NCBI GenBank assembly: GCA_963797055.1
Contig: CAWCOD010000005.1
Location: 189,995-253,994 of the forward strand
Reading direction: 5' to 3'
Length of the DNA stretch: 64,000 bases
Origin: an uncultured Holophagae bacterium
GTDB lineage: Bacteria; Acidobacteriota; Thermoanaerobaculia; Thermoanaerobaculales; Sulfomarinibacteraceae
Shown in pieces: positions 1 to 8,294 of the stretch. How positions within the stretch are numbered: the first letter of the stretch is position 1; each line of letters opens with the position of its first letter. Below the pieces are notes generated by a model. It did no database searches and was not told the origin of the DNA. It worked only from the letters and a program-made list of their open reading frames with translations. The position numbers and the translations under genes are program-made.

Positions 1-441
1 GTCGGTTACGAGCTGCATGAGGTCTTTGTCGGAGCTGATCAACACCACATCGAGTTCGTCCTCGTGGCGTTTAGCAAGGGTTCCCATGACGTCGTCCGCC
101 TCGAAGTCGTCGATGCACAGATAGGGGATGTCGAAGGCCTCGGCCACCCTCTTGAAGTGGGGCATCTGGGCTCTGAGGGCGTCCGGCATGTCCGGTCGGG
201 TGCCCTTGTAATCTGCAAACTCCCGCTCTCGGAACGAGCCGCCCTTGGGATCCCAGGTGATGGCGAGGTGGTCGGGCTTGTGGTCGCGGATCAGCTTGAG
301 GAGCATGTTGGTGAAGCCGAAGAGGGCGTTTGTGGGCAGGCCCTGTGAGTTCGACATCCCGCCGATTGCGTAAAAGGCCCGAAACGCCATGTTCGGTCCG
401 TCGATGAGGTAGAGGGTCTTGCGTGCGGGTTTTTCAGTCAT
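1..441 (-). CDS. polA: DNA polymerase I, N-terminal 5'-3' exonuclease domain (partial, gene continues past window start)
   Basis: Absent from the ORF track because it is open at the window edge. Reverse-strand translation from ATG 441-439 reads MTEKPARKTLYLIDGPNMAFRAFYAIGG...GLPTNALFGFTNMLLKLIRDHKPDHLAITWDPKGGSFREREFADYKGTRPDMPDAL...CIDDFEADDVMGTLA. This is the typical Pol I 5'-nuclease N-terminus. Confidence 0.85.
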   Translation of the reverse strand, partial: MTEKPARKTLYLIDGPNMAFRAFYAIGGMSNSQGLPTNALFGFTNMLLKLIRDHKPDHLAITWDPKGGSFREREFADYKGTRPDMPDALRAQMPHFKRVAEAFDIPYLCIDDFEADDVMGTLAKRHEDELDVVLISSDKDLMQLVTD

Positions 442-1118
442 GTGAGCCAGTTTAAACGGTGTACGGGAATCGAGGGGGTTGGAGAATTCGAAATTCGAAA
501 TTCGAAAACCCCCACCCATCCGGGGACAAGGAGCAAGGAACACCCCCCGCCCGCCCCGGTTCCAAGATGCAAGATGCAAGATCCAACCCCCGTTCCAGAA
601 CAGTTCCGAGATTCGAGTTCCGGGTTCCGAGTTTGGACTTGCCCCGCTCGGGGCACCGATACAAGGGGGAAAGGTGAGGAGGTGAGAAGGCGGAAGGACG
701 GCACGATCGGATTGACGGGTTTGGGTGTCGCTGCATTCTCCCGACTTGACCGCCAGAAACGCTGGGTTGAATTCGGACCTCATCGGGCGCAGCGTGACGA
801 CGCGACTCCCCTAAGTTCTAGGGCGCAGAGGGATCGGATGGGCGCCCACCTCTCCTTCTCACCTTCTCACCTTCTCACCTTCTCACCTCCCTATCGGACG
901 GTAGTGCTCACTGCCGAGGAGAACCGGGACTCGGGGCTCGGAGACCGGTTTGCCGTTCCAAGACCATCAATCCATCCGATTCCCGATCCCCGAGCTCCGA
1001 TTCCCATCTGCCTTTCACCAGACCGAACTATGGTTGCTCCCTGCCCCCTGCTCCCTGCTCCCTGCCTACTGCCTACTGCCTGCTTCCTCATGCTAACCTG
1101 CGGTCGACCGGGAGGGTT
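442..1118. repeat. Repeat-dense intergenic region with several 7-8 nt tandem arrays and C-rich boxes
   Basis: Read directly: (gaattcg)x3 at 484-508, CCCCCACCC box at 509-520, (gcaagat)x3 at 562-584, gttccgag-like units at 592-645, (ccttctca)x4 at 852-890, ctgctcc/ctgccta units at 1035-1087. ORFs predicted here (442..1122+, 438..704-) only translate the repeats. Confidence 0.8.
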
Positions 1119-2319
1119 ATGAAGTCTCATCTCATCGTGGTCGTTCTGTGCCTTGTCGCCATGGTTGCCGGTGGCCAGGAGGCGCTGCAGGTGCCGCGGA
1201 GTTACCTCGCAGGCATCGTTGACGATGATCCGAATCCACTGCCCCGTCATCTGGCCGAAGCGGAGCGGGCGCTCCCAATCCCGCTCCCCGAGAGCTGGCC
1301 CGAGCTCGCGCCGCCCACCGGGACGGTTTCGACTCCGGCCGAGTATGCCGAAAACGACGGGTCTCTTGATCCGGTGGGGGTCCTTCAACTCGGTGCTCAC
1401 CGAGATGACCGTTGGAATCACAACCGGTGATCCCGATGCGGTGGTCCACATCCTGGTTTCCGGCGGGTCCCAGCAGGCGAGCGCCACATCGGTGCTGCAG
1501 GGGGCGGGGGCCGACCTGGATCAGGTGGATTTCATCACCTACTCCTCCAACTCGGTCTGGATCAGGGATTACGGTCCGAGGTTCATCGAAAACGATGGCA
1601 ATCGGGCCATCGTGGACCATGTCTACAACCGGCCGCGACCGCTTGACAATGCCTTCCCCGACTTCCTGGCGGCACTTTGGGGTGAACCGGCCTACGACAT
1701 CCCCCTGGTGCACGGCGGGGGGAACTTCCACCTCTTCGCCGACCGGGACGCATTTATGTCGGATCTGATCCTCGATGAGAATCCCGGGCTGACCGAACAG
1801 GACGTCATCGACTATTACGCCAGCTACGAGAATGTGTCGCTCACCATCATGCCCGGCTTTCCCACCTGGTTCGATTCCACCCAGCACATCGACATGTGGA
1901 TGCTGCCAATTTCGGACCGCGAGGTGATCATCGGCCAGTACGAGCCGTCGGATGGCCAGCCCTATACCATCACCGAGGACGCCGTTGCCGATCTCCAGGC
2001 GAGGGGATACACAGTTCACAGAACGCCGGGCTGGAACTCGGGCGGCACCCACTACACCTACACCAACGCGGTGGTGTTCAACGAGTTGGTCTTCATTTCC
2101 GAGTTTTCGGGTTATGCGGTCCAGAATGCCCAGGCGATGGCTGTCTTCGAGGCGGCCTTCCCCGACCACCAGGTGATCCCGGTGGACTGCTCGGATATCA
2201 TCCACTCCGCCGGGGCCATCCACTGCGTGGTCATGCATGTGCCCGAGATCGGGCTGATGCCGTTCGAAGACGGCTTCGAGTCCGGCGATCTCTCCGGCTG
2301 GACTGTAACGTTCCGTTGA
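1119..2319 (+). CDS. Agmatine deiminase / Porphyromonas-type peptidyl-arginine deiminase family protein, apparently secreted; reading frame changes near 1362
   Basis: ORF 1153..2319 carries family hallmarks (WIRDYGPRF, HGGGNFH, HIDMW, catalytic GAIHCVVMH). ORF 1119..1430, in another frame, gives signal peptide MKSHLIVVVLCLVAMVAGG and ...TPAEYAENDG. That joins LLIRWGS... of the main frame if one base near 1362 is skipped. An intact alternative start is ATG 1345. Confidence 0.75.
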
Positions 2320-2326
2320 TTGGTAT

Positions 2327-2496
2327 CATTTCGAATTTTGAATTTTGAATTTCGAATTCAAAAAATGGACCCACAGCCACGGCGTACGTTAAACGTTCAA
2401 CGTTAAACGTTACACGTTTGGCTCTTGACCCTTTGCCACAAACCCAGCCCCTGACGTTCAACGTTTAACGTGTAACGTTCAACGTGTAACGACGTG
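2327..2496. repeat. Tandem arrays: tttcgaa/ttttgaa heptamers (2327-2365) and two ACGTT-centred octamer arrays (2385-2419, 2452-2496)
   Basis: Direct reading: catttcgaattttgaattttgaatttcgaattc; acgttaaacgttcaacgttaaacgttacacgtt; acgttcaacgtttaacgtgtaacgttcaacgtgtaacg. Confidence 0.85.
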
Positions 2497-3455
2497 CTCA
2501 GCGTTGTACGTGGTGCCGGTCGCCGGTCATGTAGCCGCTCGAGGGAGGCGACGGCCTGCCGCCATTCCTCGCCGGTGATCCGTCGTCGAAGCTCCGGGAA
2601 GTCGGGAGTCGTCGCCGCCAGATGTGCGGGGTGGTACTGAGCCAGAAGCGACACGGCCACATCCGGTGACAACTCGGTTGCCACCCATTGGAGGCTATCC
2701 TCGATTCCAGCGAGGCCATCGGGAAGCACCAGCATCCGGATCAAGAGGCCGCGCAGGAGGGCGCCGTCCGGGGCGAGGATCCAGTCGTCCCCGACCTGGC
2801 GGTGCATTTCGGCGAGAGCCGCCCGCGCCCTGGCGGGATAGTCCTCGACTCCCGACAGGCGGCAGCCGGTTGCGGGGTCCGCGTACTTGAGATCGGGCAT
2901 GTAGATATCCACGATCCCGTCCAACATCCGCAGCGTGTCCACCGAGTCGTAGCCGTTCGAGTTGTAGACGATGGGCAGGGCCAGGCCCCGGCTGGTGGCG
3001 ATCTCCAACGCGCGCACGAGCTGCGGCACCTGGTGGCTGGGCGAGACCCAGTTGATGTTGTGGGCGCCGCGATCCTGCAGCTCGAGAAAGATGGCGGCGA
3101 GGGTCTCGGACCGGATCTCGTGTCCCACGAAGTCGGACGGCCGCTGCGAGATGTCGTGGTTTTGGCAGAAGACGCAGCACAGGTTGCAGTTGGCGAGAAA
3201 GACCGTCCCGGAACCTCGGCGGCCCGAGATCACCGGCTCCTCGCCGAAGTGGAGGTTACAGGACGCCACCACGGCCTCGACGCCTGTGGCGCAGCTGCCA
3301 AGCTCGGCACGACGGTCGACGCGACACCCGCGGGGACAGACCGCACAATCAGTGAGCATGGCGTCGAGCTGTCGCACGCGCTGGGTCAGCACCCCGCCGC
3401 GGTGCAGCCGAACGAAGCCCGCCCGAAATGGGAGTGACGGTTCTTCGGAATTCAT
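2403..3455 (-). CDS. Radical SAM protein (PflX / COG1313-like activase family)
   Basis: CNLCCVFCQN is a CxxxCxxC radical SAM motif, preceded by a Cys-rich CAVCPRGC segment. I prefer ATG 3455 (MNSEEPSL...) over the ORF-track start 3590. The last ~30 codons (..HVERYTLNVERQ..) are encoded by the ACGTT repeat arrays. Confidence 0.8.
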   Translation of the reverse strand: MNSEEPSLPFRAGFVRLHRGGVLTQRVRQLDAMLTDCAVCPRGCRVDRRAELGSCATGVEAVVASCNLHFGEEPVISGRRGSGTVFLANCNLCCVFCQNHDISQRPSDFVGHEIRSETLAAIFLELQDRGAHNINWVSPSHQVPQLVRALEIATSRGLALPIVYNSNGYDSVDTLRMLDGIVDIYMPDLKYADPATGCRLSGVEDYPARARAALAEMHRQVGDDWILAPDGALLRGLLIRMLVLPDGLAGIEDSLQWVATELSPDVAVSLLAQYHPAHLAATTPDFPELRRRITGEEWRQAVASLERLHDRRPAPRTTLSTSLHVERYTLNVERQGLGLWQRVKSQTCNV

Positions 3456-3514
3456 GCCGGACAGGGTACGTCCCTTCCCGTATTTCGGGCAACCATGGTC
3501 GCCAACCCGCTCAC

Positions 3515-5188
3515 TCAATCCGGACGGGCGAGAGTTTCGAGACGGCCACCCCGCCAGAGGTAGGCGGGCATGCCGGGATACGCCGTCCACAGCGCCGAGT
3601 TGTCCCCGAGATCACGGGCGAAGATCAGGTCGTGGCGGCGGGGTCCGGTCATCATGCGGGACGCCATGGCCCAGTCTTGCCAGTCGTCATCGCCGAACAG
3701 GATCAGACCCCGTGCGACACCGGCATCGGCCACGGCCCGCTCGAGGGATGCGTCGACGCCGTTGTATCCGGTGTAGAGGCGGAGGCGTTCGGGCAGAGTT
3801 ACGGCGGTGGAGCCGGCAAGTACGGCGAACAAGAGGGCGGCGGCGATCCAGGTGATTGCGGTTCCGCCAGGCTCGGCCGGACATTTTTCGCTCCGGTCTC
3901 CTCCCGGGGCGATGCGGGCGAGCTCCTGGAAGCCCCGGGCGGTGAGCAAAAAGAGCGCGGCGAAGGCGTCAAAGTAATAGCGGGGGCCGAATCCGTGGAG
4001 ACCGTGGGCCTGGGTGCCCACATGGACCGCCATCAGGCAGAGGAACCAACCGGCCAACAGGATGTCCGATTTGGTGTATCGACGCAGCAGGAAGGGCACC
4101 ATCGTCAGGGCCAACGGCAGGGCGAGGATCAGCCAACCGCCGGAAAGACCCCAACCCCACCCATGGAGCGCCGGGAGGGTGGAGGCAAAAATGGCGTCCA
4201 GATTCTGGATTCCGAAGGGCACATTGGCCAGGGAGTACATGGATCCCCGGGCAAATGTGTAGGGCAGTGAGAGTGGGCTACCGGTGATGATGAGGTTCCC
4301 GATCAACAGCGGCACGGTGCCGGCGACGCCCCCGGTGATCACGGCGGCCAACCTCGCCCGAGATGATTGCCCGCGGTGGGAATTTCGGCAGTCCATCAGC
4401 AGCTGGATGCCGCACGGGACGGCCGCCGCGAGGGCGGACAGTGGCCGAATTCCGAAGGCCAAACCGAGGAGGATGCCGCCGGCCAGCGCGAGGCCGATGC
4501 CTTGTCGCCGCCTCGAGCGCTGGAGCAGGACAAGAAAGCCGAGAACGAGGGTTGCGCTGCCGGCATGGGACAGGTGGGAGCCGAAAATCACCCGCGCCAT
4601 GGGCGACAGGACACCTAGGCACGCCGCCGCACAACCCACCCGTTGGTCGTAGAGCGTGTTCCCGAGCCACCAGAGCAGCATGACGTAGAGGCCGCCGAGC
4701 AACGGAGCCACCGTCCAGGCCGCACCCGCCGCGAGCCCCGTGGCCAGCATCGCCGGCCAGCCGAAGGGATAGTGGGCGATCCAATGGCCGTCGACCACAT
4801 AGGTGAAGGGGACGTCGAGGTGTTGTTGGATGGCGGAAACCGGTGGCACGAGTCTACCGTCGAGCAGCCACCGCGCCTGGAGAAGATAGACCACGGAGTC
4901 GGGCAGGTGGGGGAGGCGCTCCAGGATTTCCTCGGCAAACCAGAGCGAACAGAAAGTGGCGGTGGCCGCCAGACCGGCGGGGATGATTGTGGCGCGGAGG
5001 CCAGTGGTCAGTGGCGGATCCGGGTGACTGGGGCGGGTGTGTCCTCCCGACCCCGGACAGTCCGAGAAAGAGCGCGATGAGCAGGGCCGCCACTGCCGCC
5101 GATTTGAGCGCGAGTGCGATTGCCGCGGCAAGGTCCCGTGCCGGTTGGGGATCGAGGCTGGTGACCGCGATCGGCACCCATCCTTCAT
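3515..5188 (-). CDS. Polytopic membrane protein, GT-C fold glycosyltransferase-like (ArnT/PMT-like); 5' end uncertain
   Basis: Many hydrophobic helices. The first-loop segment LPDSVVYLLQARWLLDG resembles the acidic loop of ArnT/PMT enzymes. The first ~50 codons of the ORF are R/S/P-rich and look out of frame. Confidence 0.55.
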   Translation of the reverse strand: MKDGCRSRSPASIPNRHGTLPRQSHSRSNRRQWRPCSSRSFSDCPGSGGHTRPSHPDPPLTTGLRATIIPAGLAATATFCSLWFAEEILERLPHLPDSVVYLLQARWLLDGRLVPPVSAIQQHLDVPFTYVVDGHWIAHYPFGWPAMLATGLAAGAAWTVAPLLGGLYVMLLWWLGNTLYDQRVGCAAACLGVLSPMARVIFGSHLSHAGSATLVLGFLVLLQRSRRRQGIGLALAGGILLGLAFGIRPLSALAAAVPCGIQLLMDCRNSHRGQSSRARLAAVITGGVAGTVPLLIGNLIITGSPLSLPYTFARGSMYSLANVPFGIQNLDAIFASTLPALHGWGWGLSGGWLILALPLALTMVPFLLRRYTKSDILLAGWFLCLMAVHVGTQAHGLHGFGPRYYFDAFAALFLLTARGFQELARIAPGGDRSEKCPAEPGGTAITWIAAALLFAVLAGSTAVTLPERLRLYTGYNGVDASLERAVADAGVARGLILFGDDDWQDWAMASRMMTGPRRHDLIFARDLGDNSALWTAYPGMPAYLWRGGRLETLARPD

Positions 5189-5723
5189 CCCAGATGAAGA
5201 TGTCGTTGTTGATCAGACCGCGCCGGAAGCTGACGGAAATCGTGGGCTTCCCCAGAAGTCTCACGATGAGGTGTTGGTGGATGCGGCCGGTGAACACCGT
5301 GGATATTTCAAAGGGTCCGGAGAGGGCAACGGGGTGGTCGAACACGGATCCATGTGCCGATTGATTATCGATCTCCCAGTCGGCAACCGGCGCCGCCGAC
5401 CCGGGAGGCAGGCGAAAGGGTGACGGTAGATCGACGATCTCCGGAGGAGACGCGCCCCGGCGGATCTCCAGCGACCGGCCGCCGGTTGGGAAAACCGACG
5501 CCCAGGTCCAGATCTCGATGCGATCCACCGACTCGATGGCCACGGGTGCGGTCAGCACCGAGTCCGCAACGATGACGCGAAGGGTGTTTCCCGAGCTGAA
5601 GATCTCCAGGCTGGTGCTGCGGTCCATGGCCCGTGCGGCCGTCCAAAGCGCCGCAGCCGCGACGATCCACAGGAGGATGCGCCCGATTCTGGCATCGCGG
5701 TGGCTGGCCCCTGCTCGGCTCAT
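4854..5723 (-). CDS. Membrane-anchored protein of unknown function; its 3' part overlaps the GT-C ORF in another frame (possibly one gene split by a frame break)
   Basis: ATG 5723 gives MSRAGASHRDARIGRILLWIVAAAALW (N-terminal TM), then a ~190-aa soluble domain and a second TM LAAAIALALKSAAVAALLIALFLGL. Beyond about 5040 this frame decays to P/R/G-rich text while the GT-C frame becomes protein-like. Confidence 0.5.
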   Translation of the reverse strand: MSRAGASHRDARIGRILLWIVAAAALWTAARAMDRSTSLEIFSSGNTLRVIVADSVLTAPVAIESVDRIEIWTWASVFPTGGRSLEIRRGASPPEIVDLPSPFRLPPGSAAPVADWEIDNQSAHGSVFDHPVALSGPFEISTVFTGRIHQHLIVRLLGKPTISVSFRRGLINNDIFIWDEGWVPIAVTSLDPQPARDLAAAIALALKSAAVAALLIALFLGLSGVGRTHPPQSPGSATDHWPPRHNHPRRSGGHRHFLFALVCRGNPGAPPPPARLRGLSSPGAVAARR

Positions 5724-5827
5724 GGGTTCATGATACGCGGTAGACCTTTTGGCGATCTCGCAGTTGGGGAATGGGATAGGATGATCGGCACGATCGACTC
5801 CAGAGGGAGTCAAAGAGGACCAGGGGA

Positions 5828-8173
5828 ATGAGTATGGTGTCGAGGGCGACTTTCGCGCTGGTGGTTGGTGTCTTGTGGGCGGGTTTTGTCATGGCCCAGA
5901 CGCAGCCGCCGCCGTTTGGCGACCGGCGTGGCGGCGAGGAGGACCGGATCCGACAACGGATCGAGTGGTTCGTCCAAACAAGAGGACTCGATCGGGTGTC
6001 GAGGGCGGATCGATTGCGCAGCGAGGCTGTGCTTGCGGTCAAGGCGGTTCGAGACGCGGACTCCGGCCGACGGTCGCCACCATGGACACCGCTGGGCCCG
6101 AACTCGATGACCATGTTGGATTGGCGGATTGAGGACGTTTCGGGCCGGGTTTCAGCCTTGGCGGTCCATCCCGAAGATGAGGACATCATCTATCTTGGTT
6201 CGGCCTCCGGCGGGCTCTGGAAGACCATCGACGGTGGCGGCTCATGGTCGCCGATCTTTGACGACGTAGGAACGCTGACCATCGGCAGCGTGGTGATCGA
6301 TCCGTCCTCTCCGGACACGTTGTGGGTGGGCACCGGTGAGCAGGGGCAGAGCTGCTGGTCGTACTTCGGGATGGGGCTTTTCCGCTCCACCGACGGGGGC
6401 GAGTCGTTCGAACCGGTCAATGGATCGGATTCTCAAACCCTGGACCTGTCTTTCATTACCGGCATCGTCGTCCATCCCGATCGTCCCGGGAACATCGTCG
6501 TGGGGGGTGAGACCTGGTGCGATGACGGTGCCTTTCTCTACGGTGGGCTCTATCGGTCCACCGACGGGGGGACCTCGTGGCAGCGGGAGATTTCGGGCGC
6601 CGTCACCGACGTGATCATGGACCCCAGCAGGCCCGACACGCTCTACAGTGCGGTAGGTCGGTGGTCGAATAACGTCAACGGCGTCTACCGCAGTACCGAT
6701 GCGGGCGCGACGTGGACCAGACTCGAGGGCGGTCTGCCGTTCGGCGCTCAAGTGGGTCGGACCCGGCTCGCCATGGCGCCTAATGACAGCGCGACGATCT
6801 ACGCCTTGATGAACCACGAATCAGGGGTGGAGTTGTACCGTTCCACCGACGGTGGCGACACGTGGGTTCTCACCAACCCCGACGCCTGCGACGGTCAATG
6901 CTGGTACAACCTGTGCCTTGCGGTGCACCCGCTCGATGCCACGCGACTTCTGCTGGGCGCGGTCCGCTTCTACGCTTCCCTCAACGCCGGGACCACGCTT
7001 GCTCCGCTGATCGACTTCTGGGGCCCCGGTCAGACGGTCCACCAGGACATTCACGTGCTGGTCTATTCACGGTTGGATCCAAACCGGTTTTGGGTTGCGG
7101 GCGACGGCGGTATCTGGCGATCCGACGACGGTGGTGTCAATTTCGAAAACCTCAACGCAAACTTGAACCTCACCCAGTATTACGACATCGCGGTCCATCC
7201 TTCAGATGCTTCGACTGTCTTTGGTGGTTCGCAGGACAACTCCTCGTCGGCCACCATGGGCGATATCAAATGGGACGTCACAGTGGTCACCGGAGATGGG
7301 TTCATCAACGTGGTGGACTCCGAAGATCCGCAGATCGTTCTTCAAACCTCGTACCCGTACGAGGGGTACCCTTCGCTCTTCCAGTCCATTTCAGGGGGGA
7401 TCCCCAACAGCTTTCAGTGGTTGTGGCTCACCGGTGTCACGCAGTACGAACCGTGGCCGTGGGTGACGCCCCTTGCGTCGTTGGCTTCGGGGAGCGGCAA
7501 CAACCATCTGTTGCTCGGATCGGACCACGTCTATCGGTCATCCACCGCCCACCCCAGCCAATGGACAAAGGTCTCGGGTGATCTCACCGGAACCAACGGA
7601 AGCCTGAGCGTGCTGCTGCCGGTGGCCAACCAGGACACGGTCATGGTCTACGCAGGGACCGGAAACGGCAAGATCCACAGAACCGACGACGTCCTGGCGG
7701 CCGCCCCCGAATGGGTCGATGTGACGGGCAACTACCCCGGAGACACGGTCACCGACATCGCCGTGGATCCCCAAGATCCGCTCGTCGTGCTGGTCACCCG
7801 CGGCCAATTCGACGCCAGTCGTCTCTACCGGTCCTCAACCGGCGGCACCGCGTGGCAGGCGGTTGGCGCCGGGTTGCCAAACGTGCCTGCCAACACCGTG
7901 GTGGTGGATCCGACGGACGGACGCCGGGTATTTGTTGGGACCGACGTGGGTGTGTTTGTCAGCACGGACCGAGGATTGAGCTTTGAGCCGATTGTGGATG
8001 GCCTGCCCTTGGGTTTGGTTGTGACAGACTTGGAGGTGGACGGCGATCCCCACGTTTTGACGGCGGGAACCTATGGTCGCGGCGCGTGGCAGCTCGAGCT
8101 CCGACCAATCGATCTCTTGGACGACGGCTTCGAGTCGGGGGATCTCTCCGCCTGGACGACCAGCTATCCGTGA
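5828..8173 (+). CDS. Secreted BNR/Asp-box repeat beta-propeller protein (sortilin/Vps10/GH74-like)
   Basis: Signal peptide MSMVSRATFALVVGVLWAGFVMAQ. Eight Asp-box-like motifs: IDGGGSW, STDGGESF, STDGGTSW, STDAGATW, STDGGDTW, SDDGGVNF, SSTGGTAW, STDRGLSF. Confidence 0.85.
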   Translation: MSMVSRATFALVVGVLWAGFVMAQTQPPPFGDRRGGEEDRIRQRIEWFVQTRGLDRVSRADRLRSEAVLAVKAVRDADSGRRSPPWTPLGPNSMTMLDWRIEDVSGRVSALAVHPEDEDIIYLGSASGGLWKTIDGGGSWSPIFDDVGTLTIGSVVIDPSSPDTLWVGTGEQGQSCWSYFGMGLFRSTDGGESFEPVNGSDSQTLDLSFITGIVVHPDRPGNIVVGGETWCDDGAFLYGGLYRSTDGGTSWQREISGAVTDVIMDPSRPDTLYSAVGRWSNNVNGVYRSTDAGATWTRLEGGLPFGAQVGRTRLAMAPNDSATIYALMNHESGVELYRSTDGGDTWVLTNPDACDGQCWYNLCLAVHPLDATRLLLGAVRFYASLNAGTTLAPLIDFWGPGQTVHQDIHVLVYSRLDPNRFWVAGDGGIWRSDDGGVNFENLNANLNLTQYYDIAVHPSDASTVFGGSQDNSSSATMGDIKWDVTVVTGDGFINVVDSEDPQIVLQTSYPYEGYPSLFQSISGGIPNSFQWLWLTGVTQYEPWPWVTPLASLASGSGNNHLLLGSDHVYRSSTAHPSQWTKVSGDLTGTNGSLSVLLPVANQDTVMVYAGTGNGKIHRTDDVLAAAPEWVDVTGNYPGDTVTDIAVDPQDPLVVLVTRGQFDASRLYRSSTGGTAWQAVGAGLPNVPANTVVVDPTDGRRVFVGTDVGVFVSTDRGLSFEPIVDGLPLGLVVTDLEVDGDPHVLTAGTYGRGAWQLELRPIDLLDDGFESGDLSAWTTSYP

Positions 8174-8275
8174 ATTTTTAATTCTCAATTTTGAATTTTG
8201 GATTTCCACCCTCCCCCCGTTTGATCCGGGCGGGTGGGGGCATAATTTAAAATTGAGATTTCAGAATTAAAAATT
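8173..8275. repeat. Foldback element between convergent genes: heptamer arm + C-box ... G-box + heptamer arm
   Basis: AATTTTTAATTCT (8173-8185) is the exact inverted repeat of AGAATTAAAAATT (8263-8275). The inner arms are imperfect. Core boxes are CCACCCTCCCCCC (8208-8218) and GGGCGGGTGGGGG (8228-8240). It may act as a bidirectional terminator. Confidence 0.75.
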
Positions 8276-8294
8276 TGTCGTCAAGGACGACCGG

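Noticed and set aside
442-1122. ORFs lying in repeat regions (442..1122+, 45715..46224+, 29630..30376-, 23089..23424-, 57935..58168-)
   Set aside because: Their peptides are just translated repeats (FEIRNSKFE, ICNLQSAICNL, NVERYTLNV, RVWKVWQVWRVWK). The same text recurs wherever the DNA repeat recurs, in whichever frame happens to be open.
1132-2238. Long antisense ORFs opposite clearly conserved genes (also 32024..33136-, 35057..36289-, 14310..15164-, 16280..17269+, 47915..48727-)
   Set aside because: Each overlaps a gene with strong family motifs on the other strand and itself has low-complexity R/P/G-rich text.
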